64,000 nt of DNA from an uncultured delta proteobacterium (GTDB lineage: Bacteria > Desulfobacterota > Binatia > UBA9968), in the NCBI GenBank assembly GCA_963760795.1, contig CAVXEP010000031.1, positions 46,493 through 110,492 on the forward strand, written 5' to 3'. This document shows, one piece after another, positions 28,694-39,321 of this stretch. Made by a program: the position numbers and the translations under genes. The stretch's first letter is position 1, and the number at the start of each line of letters is the position of its first letter. The notes under the pieces are model-generated. The model worked only from the letters and a program-made list of their open reading frames with translations. It made no database searches and was not told where the DNA came from.

Positions 28694-30969
28694 GATTTTT
28701 TCTCCCGCAGGGCGCGGAGAATTTTCTCAGGCGTGATCGGCAGAGTTTTTACCCGCACGCCGACGGCGTCGAAGATGGCATTATTGATGACCGCCGCAGT
28801 GGGGTCCATGTTCAGTTCGCCTAACCCTTTGGCGCCAAAGGGTCCTGTGGGTTCGTAGGAGTCGGCGAAGGCATGCTGTAACGGCGGCATGTCGCGCATG
28901 GAGGGAATACGGTAATCGGAAAAATTGGGATTGAGCGGCCGGCCTTCATCGATCTGCAAACCTTCGGTTAGCGCGTAGCCGATGCCTTGGGCCAAGCCGC
29001 CCTCGACCTGGCCTTCGGCGCCGATGGGATAGATCACAGTGCCGCAGTCGGAGGCAACGACCATTTGTAATACTTTAACCTGGCCGGTTTGCGGGTCGAC
29101 ATGGACTTGCGCCGCTTGCACGCCGTAATTGTAAGCGCCCGACTCGTTACCGAAGCGCGTGCTGTCCGGGAGCACGGAGTCGGCGTCGAAACTGCCGGAA
29201 CCGACAATCGGCGCGCCGTTATGGCGGAATAAGCGCGCGCGGGCGACATCGGAGACGGTCACCGCCTTGCCTTCGGCGCCTTTGACGAAAATCCTGCCGT
29301 CGCGTGATATCAAGTCGGCGGCGTTGGCCTCCAACATCTCGGCGGCTTGCTCGAAAAGTTGCTGTTTGACGTTGGTGGCGGCGTTCTTGACCGCGTTGCC
29401 ACTGACATAGGTCAAGCGGCTGGCGAAAGCGCCCAAACAGAATGTCGTCAGATCGGTGTCGGCGCGGGAGATTTCCACGTCCTCCACCGGCACGCCCAAC
29501 TCTTCGGCGGCGATCTGGCACATTGCCGTGTGCACGCCCTGACCGCATTCGCCTTCGCCGCTCAGAATCAGCGCCTTGCCATCTTCGTTGATCTTGATGG
29601 TCGCCGAGCTGCCGTCGTAATCACCGAAATGGCGCTTGCCGCTGACGTGCACCGTGCAGGCCAAGCCCAAGCCCGTGTTTGGCGTTTTGTTGGCGCGCTT
29701 GGCTTTCCAGTCGATCATCTGCTCAGCCATGTCGAGACATTGCTTGAGCTCGCAGCTGGTGACGCGATTGCCATGGGGCGAGACGTAGCCGGCTTCTGCG
29801 GCGTTGATTCGGGCTATCTCCAACGGATCGATGCCGAGCGCGTGGGCGCCCAAATCGATGGCTTGCTCCACCGCCCATTCCGCCGATGGATTGCCGAAGC
29901 CGCGGAAGGCGCCGGTGGGGATCTTGTTGGTATAGATCAGCTTGGCTTCGAGCTTGACGTCGGAGTACTTGTAGCAGGTGTCATGGCGCATCGCCGCGAC
30001 GCCGGTGATCGCCGGCGCCTTGGCCGAGTAGGCGCCGTTGTCGGCGATGACGTTCAATTCTTTGGCACGGATGCGACCGTCTTTTTTGAACCCCAACTTG
30101 ACGTTGATCTTCATGAATACCCGCGGCCGGCAACCGGCGAGAAACTCTTCCTCGCGCGTGTTAATGACGCGCACCGGCTTACCCGCCTTGCGCGCCAGCA
30201 CGGCGCAGACTAAAGCATTGTTATCGTCGCAGGACTTGCCGCCGAAACCGCCGCCCACGGCACTCTGAATAATCCGCACGTCGGTCTCGGGCACGCCGAG
30301 AGCCGTAGCGATGCGATAGCGCGCGTTGAACAACGTCTGGGTATTCATGTAGATCGTGTATTTGCCGCTGGGCGCATACTCGACCACGCTGCCGATGGTT
30401 TCGATGGCGCAGTGCCACTGCGGCATACTGGTGAAGGTGTCCTCGACGATGATGTCCGAGTCGGCGAAGGCTTGAGCGATGTTGCCCCGTTCCAAGTCCA
30501 AGTGCATGGCGATGTTGTTGGGCTTGTCGTCATGCACCAATGGCGCGCCGTCTTGCATCGCTTCCTCGGCGTCGAACACACCGGCCAAGGGCTCCCAATC
30601 CACTTCGATCAAATCCAGCGCCTCCTCGGCGATGTCCGGATCGATGGCCGCCACCGCGGCGACCTCTTCGCCGACATAGCGGGTCTTGCCAACAGATAGA
30701 ATATATTGGTCGGCGAAAAACGCGCCCCAGGGTTTTTTGAGAGTGTCTTCGGCGGTGACCACTGCGCGCACGCCGCGCAGCTTCTCGGCCTTGCTGGTGT
30801 CGATGGCGCGGATGCGCGCGTGGGGGTAGGGACTGCGCAAGATTCTGCCGGTAAGCATGCCGGGCAAATGAATGTCGGCGATGAACTTCGAATCGCCGGT
30901 GACTTTGTCGAAGCCCTCGACGCGCTGAACGCGCTTGCCAACGACGGAGAAGTTTTCTGATTTAGCCAT
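28690..30969 (-). CDS. Xanthine-dehydrogenase-family molybdopterin large subunit
   Basis: RSPYPHA, GGGFGGK, AFRGFG, GAKGLGE. Confidence 0.9.
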   Translation of the reverse strand: MAKSENFSVVGKRVQRVEGFDKVTGDSKFIADIHLPGMLTGRILRSPYPHARIRAIDTSKAEKLRGVRAVVTAEDTLKKPWGAFFADQYILSVGKTRYVGEEVAAVAAIDPDIAEEALDLIEVDWEPLAGVFDAEEAMQDGAPLVHDDKPNNIAMHLDLERGNIAQAFADSDIIVEDTFTSMPQWHCAIETIGSVVEYAPSGKYTIYMNTQTLFNARYRIATALGVPETDVRIIQSAVGGGFGGKSCDDNNALVCAVLARKAGKPVRVINTREEEFLAGCRPRVFMKINVKLGFKKDGRIRAKELNVIADNGAYSAKAPAITGVAAMRHDTCYKYSDVKLEAKLIYTNKIPTGAFRGFGNPSAEWAVEQAIDLGAHALGIDPLEIARINAAEAGYVSPHGNRVTSCELKQCLDMAEQMIDWKAKRANKTPNTGLGLACTVHVSGKRHFGDYDGSSATIKINEDGKALILSGEGECGQGVHTAMCQIAAEELGVPVEDVEISRADTDLTTFCLGAFASRLTYVSGNAVKNAATNVKQQLFEQAAEMLEANAADLISRDGRIFVKGAEGKAVTVSDVARARLFRHNGAPIVGSGSFDADSVLPDSTRFGNESGAYNYGVQAAQVHVDPQTGQVKVLQMVVASDCGTVIYPIGAEGQVEGGLAQGIGYALTEGLQIDEGRPLNPNFSDYRIPSMRDMPPLQHAFADSYEPTGPFGAKGLGELNMDPTAAVINNAIFDAVGVRVKTLPITPEKILRALREKKS

Positions 30970-30998
30970 GATTGATGCGCTCGCGGTTTTCTCGGATT

Positions 30999-31085
30999 AT
31001 CTCGCGCCAAGGACGTCAAGGGCGCAAAGCAAAACTTATGGGTACCTTTCCGAAGTTGGTGTTCTTTGCGCACTTGGCGCGAGAC
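30999..31085. repeat. Intra-operon inverted repeat, same family as 12314-12467
   Basis: TCTCGCGCCAAG...GCGCAAAG versus CTTTGCGC...CTTGGCGCGAGA. Confidence 0.7.
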
Positions 31086-31104
31086 ATTATCGCGTCGAGA
31101 TGAA

Positions 31105-31656
31105 TCAGCTCGTTTTCGCAACCGGTTTATAAACGTCCAAGCTCTGAATCTTCGCGGTCGTCTCGCGCTTGCGAAAAGCGTAGTCGGGATCGGTCTTGCC
31201 ATCGACCACCGCCATCACCGATTCGAGAATTTTATAATATCCCGTGCAGCGGCACAGGTTGCCCGACATCCATTCTTTGACTTCTTCTTCGCTGGGTTTA
31301 GCGTTTTCGTCGAGCAAGGCTTTGGCAGCCATGATCTGGCCCGGAGTGCAGATACCGCACTGGAAACCGCCGTATTCGATAAACGCCTGCTGGAGCGGAT
31401 GGAGCTTGCCGTCCTTCGCCAAACCTTCGATGGTTTCGATCTTCTTGCCCTCGCAGCCGGCGGCTAGAGTCAGACACGAACTGACCAAGCGGCCATCGAG
31501 GATCACGCTGCACGCGCCGCACACACCGATGCTGCAACCTTCCTTGGTTCCAGTGAGATCCAGAGTGTCGCGCAGCACTTGCAGCAACAGCCGATTGGCT
31601 TCGACTTCAACTTCATAGTTTTGGCCGTTGACGGTGAGCGTCAATTGCTTTTTCAT
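31105..31656 (-). CDS. Mo-hydroxylase 2Fe-2S small subunit
   Basis: GCSIGVCGAC, QCGICTPG, NLCRCTGY. Confidence 0.95.
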   Translation of the reverse strand: MKKQLTLTVNGQNYEVEVEANRLLLQVLRDTLDLTGTKEGCSIGVCGACSVILDGRLVSSCLTLAAGCEGKKIETIEGLAKDGKLHPLQQAFIEYGGFQCGICTPGQIMAAKALLDENAKPSEEEVKEWMSGNLCRCTGYYKILESVMAVVDGKTDPDYAFRKRETTAKIQSLDVYKPVAKTS

Positions 31657-32065
31657 GTCGGCGAACATAGCCTGAGTCGGCGACGGTTTCAATGTTGCAA
31701 GTGTGCAAAAGCGGGGGAGGCGCGCGGCGGTGCTATCGGAAGTTCCACGCGCAGTTAGATTTCTCGATGAGTGCTCTGCCTAGTGATTGGGCAAGCTGCT
31801 CGCAAAATCGGCACGCGATACTGCTAGATTTTTTCGATCCCATGGCGAACTTGCGTATATCCTAGGTATATCTATTCCGAATCGATGGTTCATTAAAAAA
31901 TACGATATTGGCCCGCAGCTTGCTCTCTATCCTTCCTGAAACTTTTTACTAGACTGGCGATTCAGGTATGATATAGCCGCTAATTAAGCGGGCTTAGCGT
32001 GCCATTATCCTGATCGTCAAGATTTATCCTGAAACACAGTGCCGGGCGTGGACAAGGAGATCGAC

Positions 32066-33138
32066 ATGACGAACAAAAAGCTGCCGTGCTTAATCCTGGC
32101 GCTGATCGCGCTTGCCAGTCTCAATGTCCAGTCAACGAGCGTGCTCGCGCAAAGCACCCGCGCCACTGACCCGAGCTTCGAAAAGCTCGCCAAAGAGTTA
32201 TATCCGAAAGCAAAAAAAGAAGGTTCGTTGGTGGTCTATACGATTTGGGATATCGAGCATATCCGCTCGATCCTGGCGGCTTATAACAAACGATTTCCGG
32301 ACATCAATACTAGCTATTGGCAGGGCACTCGCTCCGAGATCATCGCCCGCACCTTGACCGAATTTCAAGGCGACCAGAAAAGCACGACGTGATTCTCAGC
32401 GAAGGCGCGCCGGTGGTGCTGCGCGCCGCGGGGGCGATCGAGCCGTACAACACCGTGCAAGCCGGCGCGCTGCTGTTGCACGACCCGACACTGCCGACGG
32501 TGAGCCTGCAGATCATGGCGCTTTCCTACAATACCAAAAAGCTTAAAGCCGAAGAGCTGCCGAAAAGCTGGGAGGATGTGATCAATCCCAAATATAAAGC
32601 GATGGTGGCGCTCGACGATCCACTGCGGGCTGGGCCGTTGAGCGGATTGCTCGCGGGAACGAAGGAGTACTGGAAAGACGATGCGCGCTGGGCCAAATTT
32701 ATTCGCGGCCTCAAAGCGCTCAATGTCACGGTGCATAAAAGCACCAGCGCGATGTTTCGCCTATTGATTGCCGGCGAATATTCCATCGCTATGCCTTCGC
32801 TTCTGCACGACGTGGTCGAAGAGAAAGAAAAGGGCAGTCCGGTAGACTACGTGAGAAGCGCTGCCCCGATTATTTCGGCGCAACAGTTGGGCATCTACGG
32901 CAAAGCGCCGCATATCAACGGCGCCAAACTATTCGCCGAGTGGATGATCGCGCCGGAGGGACAGATGGCGGTGGCGGCAGTGGGACGGGAAGTGTCGCGC
33001 AAAGGAATGAAATCCAAAGCGTCGGTCGAGAGCGCGTGGGGCAGCAAGGTTAAACCGATCCCGCTCATCAATAGCGCGTATTCCGAAGACCCGCGCAAGT
33101 GGCTCGATGCCAACGTCAAGCCCTTGTGGGAAAACTAA
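32066..33138 (+). CDS. ABC substrate-binding protein, paralogue of 10..1032 (frameshift near 32385)
   Basis: Signal peptide, AKKEG, LPKSWED, APHINGAKLFAEW. Confidence 0.8.
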
Positions 33139-33228
33139 CAGTGAAATGCTGCATGCGAGCTGGGAGCCGTAAAAGTGTCGAACGAGTGCCATCCGGTGAG
33201 GCTTCGCAATGCTTAAAGCAAAAGAGCG

Positions 33229-34515
33229 ATGATTAGTCAGCAGCAACAAGCGGAAGTCATCAAAAGGATCGACCGTGATGAGCTGGCCGCGCTCACTAAA
33301 GACCTCGTCGATATTCCAAGTCCGACCGGTTCGGAAAAAGCGCTCGGCGAGTTTATTCTCACCTGGTTAAGCCGCCACGGCATCAAATCCGTGCGTCAGG
33401 AGATCGGCCCCGAGCGCCTCAACGCCGTCGGGATTATCGAAGGCGGCGCCAACGGCGTTTCGCTCATGATCAACGGCCACATGGACACGAGTTACACTGG
33501 CACCGCGGAAGATGCGATGTTCTGCCGCACCCTGGAGCCCGATGACGATCTCAAAGGCGTGGTGCGCGACGGCAAAGTGTTCGGCCTCGGCGCTTCCAAC
33601 ATGAAGTCCGGACTCGCCGCCTTTATGATCGCCGGAAGGGCGATCCGTGAAAGCCGTGTGACGCTGAAAGGCGATCTGATTCTCGCCGCGGTGGCTGGCG
33701 AAATCTCACGCACGCCGGTCGGTCCCTATCAGTCGGAAGCGTATCGCGGCGAGGGCACCGGGACCATTCACTTGTTGACCCATGGAATTCAGTCCGACTA
33801 CGCCATCGTGGCAGACCGCTCGGGCCATTCCATCGTGTGGGCGCAAAACGGCGTGACGCAGTTCAAGGTCAGCACCTTTGGCGATCCGCACGCGGCGTGG
33901 GGCGTGACCCGCGAAGAGAAAGCACCGGAAGCTTCGAGCGCCATTTTGAAAATGATCAAAGTCTTGCAGGCGATCGATGGCTGGGCCGCCGAGTTCGAAC
34001 GCGCGCACGTTTATTCCTCGCCGCATGGCCCGCTGGTGCCCAAGGTCAATATCGGCTCGATTCAAGGCGGCGCGCCGTTCCGGCCGAACTACTATCCCGG
34101 CGTTTGCTCGATTTACGTCGACGTGCGCACGCCGCCGGAATTGCGTCCGGTGCAGGTGCAGCGTGAGCTCAAGGCGGTGCTCGCCAAGCTCGGCATCGAA
34201 TACGAGATCGAAATGTATGCGTCGAAAATGGGTTACGAGGCAAAAAAAGTCGGCGCGGTCATCAAAGTTCTGGAAGACAATTATCTATCGCTATTCGGCA
34301 AAAAGACGCCGACTCCGACCGGGGTGCATGCGAGTATCTGGACCGACACGAATATTTACAATGAAATGGGCATTCCGGCGTGTAAATTCGGGTTGGGCGG
34401 CGGACGTTGGAAGTTTCGCTCGGAACAAATCGATATCGAGGATATCTACCAGGCGGCGCAGGTTTATGCATGCGCTGCGCTGGAGATCTGCAACTGGGAT
34501 AAACCGCGAGCTTAA
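33229..34515 (+). CDS. M20/ArgE-DapE family metallo-deacylase
   Basis: NGHMDT, GLGASNMKSG and VAGE motifs. Confidence 0.85.
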   Translation: MISQQQQAEVIKRIDRDELAALTKDLVDIPSPTGSEKALGEFILTWLSRHGIKSVRQEIGPERLNAVGIIEGGANGVSLMINGHMDTSYTGTAEDAMFCRTLEPDDDLKGVVRDGKVFGLGASNMKSGLAAFMIAGRAIRESRVTLKGDLILAAVAGEISRTPVGPYQSEAYRGEGTGTIHLLTHGIQSDYAIVADRSGHSIVWAQNGVTQFKVSTFGDPHAAWGVTREEKAPEASSAILKMIKVLQAIDGWAAEFERAHVYSSPHGPLVPKVNIGSIQGGAPFRPNYYPGVCSIYVDVRTPPELRPVQVQRELKAVLAKLGIEYEIEMYASKMGYEAKKVGAVIKVLEDNYLSLFGKKTPTPTGVHASIWTDTNIYNEMGIPACKFGLGGGRWKFRSEQIDIEDIYQAAQVYACAALEICNWDKPRA

Positions 34516-34536
34516 TTTTAGTCCAGGGGTTTTTCC

Positions 34537-34707
34537 ATGGAAGAGCAGCTGCGAAAAATTAACCGCGAATACACTTTCAATCTCAGCGAAGCGGAAATTC
34601 AAACCATCACGCGTCGGGCCGAGGAGTTCGAGCGCCTGTTTCGCTGTTTGTATGAGGTCGATCTGAGCGATACGCCGCCGTTGCTGAAACTCGACAAAAG
34701 GCCTTAG
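34537..34707 (+). CDS. GatC/AtzG-like small amidase accessory protein (56 aa, not in ORF track)
   Basis: MEEQLRKINREYTFNLSEAEI...LYEVDLSDTPP; ends 2 nt before the amidase start. Confidence 0.6.
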   Translation: MEEQLRKINREYTFNLSEAEIQTITRRAEEFERLFRCLYEVDLSDTPPLLKLDKRP

Positions 34708-34709
34708 CC

Positions 34710-36153
34710 ATGGCCGTCGATGCTGTCGCCGCAACCATTAGCGAACTGGCGCCGCTCCTACGCCGCAAGAAAATCTCTCCGGTGGAGCTGACCGGGCTCT
34801 ATCTGGCAAGGGCGAAACGGCTCAATCCGCTCCTCAATGCCTACATTACTCTGAGCGAAGAGCAGGCTCTTGCCGATGCGGCTCGAGCCGAACGGGAAAT
34901 CCACCAAAACCTGTATCGCGGGCCGCTCCACGGTGTTCCGTTTTCAATCAAAGATAATCTTTCGACGCGGGGTGTTAGAACCACGGCGGGTTCGAAGATT
35001 CTCGCCGATTGGGTTCCCGACTTCGATGCCACGGCGGTACAAAGGTTGAAAGATGCCGGCGCGATCCTGCTCGGCAAAACCAACATGCACGAATGGGCGC
35101 TCGGCGGCACGACGATCAATCCGTTCTATGGCACGACACACAACCCCTGGAACGTCGACTACATTGCCGGCGGGTCGAGCGGCGGTTCCGCGGCCGCGGT
35201 GGCGGCAGATCTGTGCCTCTGCTTCCATCGGCACGGACAGCGCGCAATCCGTGCGTAACCCCGCTTCCATGTGTGGCATCGTCGGACTGAAGCCAACCTA
35301 CGGGCGAGTGAGTCAGTACGGCACGGTTGCCGGAACCGGCGCCTATTCGACGAATCATACAGGCTTGCTGACTCGGACCGTGGAAGATTGCGCGCTGGTG
35401 CTGCAGACGATCGCGGGTCATGATCCCAAAGATTCGCTCAGCGCCAATGCGCCGGTGCCGAACTATTCGCTCGGCATTGGCAAGGTAGTCAACGGTATGA
35501 AGGTCGGTATTCTGCGCGGCTACTTCGATGAATTCATCGCCAAAGAAGTTAGCGCGAGTATCTCCCAAGCCGTGGCGGCGTTGAACTCACTGGGCGTGCA
35601 AACCGAAGAAGTGACGACTCCGCATCTGGGTCTAATTCCAGCGATCAAAGTTTGTACCAGCCGGGTCGAAAATGCCGCCGCCCACGATCGGTATCTACGT
35701 ACCAAGGCAAACGAATACAGCAAAGCGACGCTACACAGCTATATTGCCGCTTTACTGACGCCGGCGGCGACCTACGTGATGGCGCAACGGGCGCGGCGGA
35801 TTGTCTGCGACGAGTTCGATGATCTGCTGAAGCGCGTGCAGTTGCTGATCTTGCCGACGATCGGTTTTCCCGTGCCGACGATCGATCAGTGCCAAGCTGG
35901 CTATGTGGAATTCGACGGCAAAAAAATACCGCGGCAAGATTGCCGCGGCGGACTCGAAAGCTTTTGCTGCATCCCGTTCAACGTCACAGGTTTGCCGGCG
36001 ATCAGCTTGTGTTGCGGTTTTTCCCAGTCGGGATTGCCGCTGGGTTTGCAGATTATCACCGGCTCTTTTCAAGAGCCATTGCTATTCCAAGTGGCGCACG
36101 CTTACGAACGGCTCACTGACTGGTACAGGCGCAGGCCGACTCTGCCAGCGTAA
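34710..36153 (+). CDS. Amidase-signature (GatA-like) amidase (frameshift near 35218)
   Basis: GPLHGVPFSIKD, GGSSGGS, GTDSAQSVRNPA. Confidence 0.9.
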
Positions 36154-36158
36154 AATCA

Positions 36159-37817
36159 TCAGACCGATCGGCCCGAGTGGGTCTTGCCCCAGCGCGCGCG
36201 CATGGTTTTCATGGTGTCGCCCTCGCCGACTTCGACGCGGGTTTGGCGCAAGCGCTCCCAGACTTTTTCATGCTCGCTTTGCGCCGCCAGATCGGCTTCC
36301 TGGGACAGGTCGTCGGGCCAATAACCCATCAGATAGCCATGCCAGGGTTCCTGCGGTTCGAGATTGGGCAAACCCAACTCTTCCCACAGTTGTTTGGCCC
36401 GCACCATGAATTCCTTCTTAGGCAGCGACAGCGGCGGGAAGTCTGCCTTGCGCGTGGCGTCGATCAAAACAGACGACTCGGAATGGTCGTAACGGCTCGA
36501 CGGGTGGGTACAGACCATACCGATGGGTGTGGCGCCAAACGGCCGGTCGGTAATAATTTTAAAATCCTTGTGCGGTTGCGAGCGGTGCGTGATCGCCCAA
36601 GTGACCGCCACCGGGTCTTTGATATTGATGTCCTCGTCGCAAGCGACGACCATCTTGCCGACCCGATCGCCGTAATCCAAGATCGCTTGCATCACTTGGC
36701 CCGGCTCTTCGTCGTTGCGCTTCTTAAGACTGACGGCGACGTAGGGGCGCAGATTCACCAGCGGCTCGATTAAATGCACATCGTGGACGCTGTCAAAGCC
36801 TTTCTTGATCAAATAGCGCTTGATCAACGTCGACATGCCCATGGCCTTGATCTTTGAGCTTTCACTCGGCGTCACCTGGCTGATGATCGACACCCAAATG
36901 GGATTTTTCCGGTGCGTGACGCATTTCAATTCGAACATCAAGCTCAAAGTGCGCGGATCGATATAACCCATGGACTCTCCGTAGGGGCCTTCTTCCTCCA
37001 TGTACTGGGTCGGGATAATGCCTTCCAAAACGATCTCCGAAGTGGCCGGCACCTCCAGGTCGACGGTCTTGCACTTGATCAATTCTACTGGCGCTCCCTG
37101 GAGACCGCCCGCCAGCGCCAACTCATCGACATCCGGCGGCACTTTCTGCGTCGCAGCGTAGGACACCACCGGGATCGTGCCGACGACGATGGCGACTTCT
37201 AACGGTTTGCCCATGCGCCGGCATTTCTCCCATTGGTTCGACAAATCTTGCGGCGTGCCGGTCATGAGGCCGGCGCAATCCGGTCCTTTGATCAGACCGC
37301 GGTAGTTGCCGACGTTGCGCTGGCCGGTCTCCGGATCCTTGGTGATCCAGTGACCGGCGGTGATGTACGGGCCGTTGTCGAATCCGGGCGTGGAGATTGG
37401 CACGGCGAATTCGTTGATCCCGCCGTGGGCGAGCAGATCGGCGCCCATGTGTACTTCTTCCTGGGCCGGGCCGCTGTCGACCATGATCGGCGCGATCAAA
37501 TTATCGAGCGCATGAATCCAGCGATCGGGAACTTCCTCCGGTTGGCATTTAAGTCCCAGCGAATAAATCGCCTCCGAGCCGGACAGGCCGCCGACTAAAA
37601 CAGAGCAATTGTACTTGTGGCCTTTGCCGTCGACGACATTGTCGAACAAGAAACCGCGCCGCTGCGCTTCGGCGATGCCGCCGCGATACTGCCAGCGCAC
37701 CAGCGGCTGCAGCTCGTTGTCTTTGTTGATTTCTTTGGTGATGCGATAGAGCTTCTCGTGCTTTTCCAGTTCGCCGATAAATTCGCGCAGATCGTGATAG
37801 GGCTTGGCAAAATTCAT
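36159..37817 (-). CDS. UbiD-family prFMN-dependent (de)carboxylase
   Basis: DLREFI, NVGNYR, EIVLEG and EEGPYGE motifs. Confidence 0.9.
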   Translation of the reverse strand: MNFAKPYHDLREFIGELEKHEKLYRITKEINKDNELQPLVRWQYRGGIAEAQRRGFLFDNVVDGKGHKYNCSVLVGGLSGSEAIYSLGLKCQPEEVPDRWIHALDNLIAPIMVDSGPAQEEVHMGADLLAHGGINEFAVPISTPGFDNGPYITAGHWITKDPETGQRNVGNYRGLIKGPDCAGLMTGTPQDLSNQWEKCRRMGKPLEVAIVVGTIPVVSYAATQKVPPDVDELALAGGLQGAPVELIKCKTVDLEVPATSEIVLEGIIPTQYMEEEGPYGESMGYIDPRTLSLMFELKCVTHRKNPIWVSIISQVTPSESSKIKAMGMSTLIKRYLIKKGFDSVHDVHLIEPLVNLRPYVAVSLKKRNDEEPGQVMQAILDYGDRVGKMVVACDEDINIKDPVAVTWAITHRSQPHKDFKIITDRPFGATPIGMVCTHPSSRYDHSESSVLIDATRKADFPPLSLPKKEFMVRAKQLWEELGLPNLEPQEPWHGYLMGYWPDDLSQEADLAAQSEHEKVWERLRQTRVEVGEGDTMKTMRARWGKTHSGRSV

Positions 37818-37917
37818 AGAGTTTTGGTCTATGAGTTTTTTTCTGGTTAATCAAGGCCATTCGGGCCATTTTGCTTGCATATTTCCCGGCGAATCGTAAA
37901 ATTGACCGTGCCTTCCG

Positions 37918-39321
37918 ATGTCACTGAAAATTTTCAACACACTGACCAACGCTAAAGAACTATTTACGCCGCTGACGCCCGGCCACGTGCGCATGTATGT
38001 CTGCGGCGTGACGGTGTACGACTCGGCGCATATCGGCCATGCACGCTCGTTTTTCACCTTCGACATCATCTATCGCTATTTGAAGTTCTCCGGCTTCGAC
38101 GTTGCCTACGTGCGCAACTTTACCGATGTCGACGACAAGATCATCAATAAGGCCAACGCTGAGAACGTGAGCTGCGACACCATCACCAGCCGCTACATCG
38201 AAGAGTTTGCCCAAGACGGGGAGAGCCTGGGTTGGCTGTGGCCGGCGCGGGAACCGCGCGCCACCGAGCATATGGCTGAGATCATCGCCATCATTGAAAA
38301 GCTTGCAGCCAAAGGACTCGCCTACAGGGTCGACGGCGACATGTATTACGCGGTTTCGGGCTTCGCCGATTACGGCAAGCTGTCGCGCAAAAAAATTGAT
38401 GAACTCGAAGCCGGCGCGCGGGTGGAAGTAGACGAGCGCAAGCGCTCGCCTCTGGATTTTGCCTTGTGGAAATCGAGCAAGCCGGGCGAGCCGACTTGGG
38501 ATAGCCCTTGGGGTCCCGGGCGGCCGGGCTGGCATATCGAATGTTCGGCCATGAGCACCAAATATTTGGGCCAGCCATTTGACATTCACGGCGGTGGTCG
38601 GGATTTGATTTTTCCTCATCATGAGAACGAAATCGCCCAGTCCGAAGGCGCCTTCGGCCAAGCCTTGGCGCGCTATTGGATTCACGCCGGCTTTCTCAAC
38701 ATCAATCAAGAAAAGATGTCCAAGTCGCTGGGCAATTTTTTCACCGTTCGCGATATTCTTGGTGAATTCGATGCGGTGGCGTTGCGCCATTTTTTTCTCG
38801 GCAGCCATTATCGTAATCCACTGGATTTCTCTAAAGATGGCTTGGCTGAGGCGAGCAAAGCGGCCGATCGAATCTTCGATACCATCGAGCGGTTGGGTAA
38901 ATCGATCAACACTAGCGCCCCGGCGACCGCCGATGGCGCGTTGATGGAATCGTTCCGTCAGGAGATGGATGATGATTTCAACACGCCGCGGGCGCTGGCC
39001 TTGATCTTCGACGAGGTGCGCGCGCTCAACAAACTGCTCGATCAGAAAAAGGCCAAGGGGATCGAGGCGCGCTATGAGGCGCTTCTCGCCATGTGCGATG
39101 TTTTAGGGCTGCTGCAGGAAGGTTATTTTGAGCGCAAGAAACAGCGCTGGTTAAAAAACGGCATCCTATCGGAAGGTGAGATCCTAGCGGCGATCGGCCA
39201 GCGCAACGAAGCACGCAAAGCCAAGAATTTTTCGGAAGCGGATCGAATTCGCGATGAGCTCAATCGGCATGGAGTCGCGATCGAGGACACGCCGGAGGGG
39301 ACGATATGGAAAGTAAGATGA
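37918..39321 (+). CDS. cysS: Cysteine--tRNA ligase
   Basis: CGVTVYD, HIGH, GRPGWHIECS, KMSKS. Confidence 0.98.
   Translation: MSLKIFNTLTNAKELFTPLTPGHVRMYVCGVTVYDSAHIGHARSFFTFDIIYRYLKFSGFDVAYVRNFTDVDDKIINKANAENVSCDTITSRYIEEFAQDGESLGWLWPAREPRATEHMAEIIAIIEKLAAKGLAYRVDGDMYYAVSGFADYGKLSRKKIDELEAGARVEVDERKRSPLDFALWKSSKPGEPTWDSPWGPGRPGWHIECSAMSTKYLGQPFDIHGGGRDLIFPHHENEIAQSEGAFGQALARYWIHAGFLNINQEKMSKSLGNFFTVRDILGEFDAVALRHFFLGSHYRNPLDFSKDGLAEASKAADRIFDTIERLGKSINTSAPATADGALMESFRQEMDDDFNTPRALALIFDEVRALNKLLDQKKAKGIEARYEALLAMCDVLGLLQEGYFERKKQRWLKNGILSEGEILAAIGQRNEARKAKNFSEADRIRDELNRHGVAIEDTPEGTIWKVR

Noticed and set aside
32380-32400. TGA at the end of ORF 32039..32392 as selenocysteine
   Set aside because: Homology continues in a different frame; explained by a one-base deletion, and not at a Cys position
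10246-35260. Programmed ribosomal frameshifting in the split genes
   Set aside because: No shared slippery heptamer, unrelated gene families, and the indel density fits sequencing error
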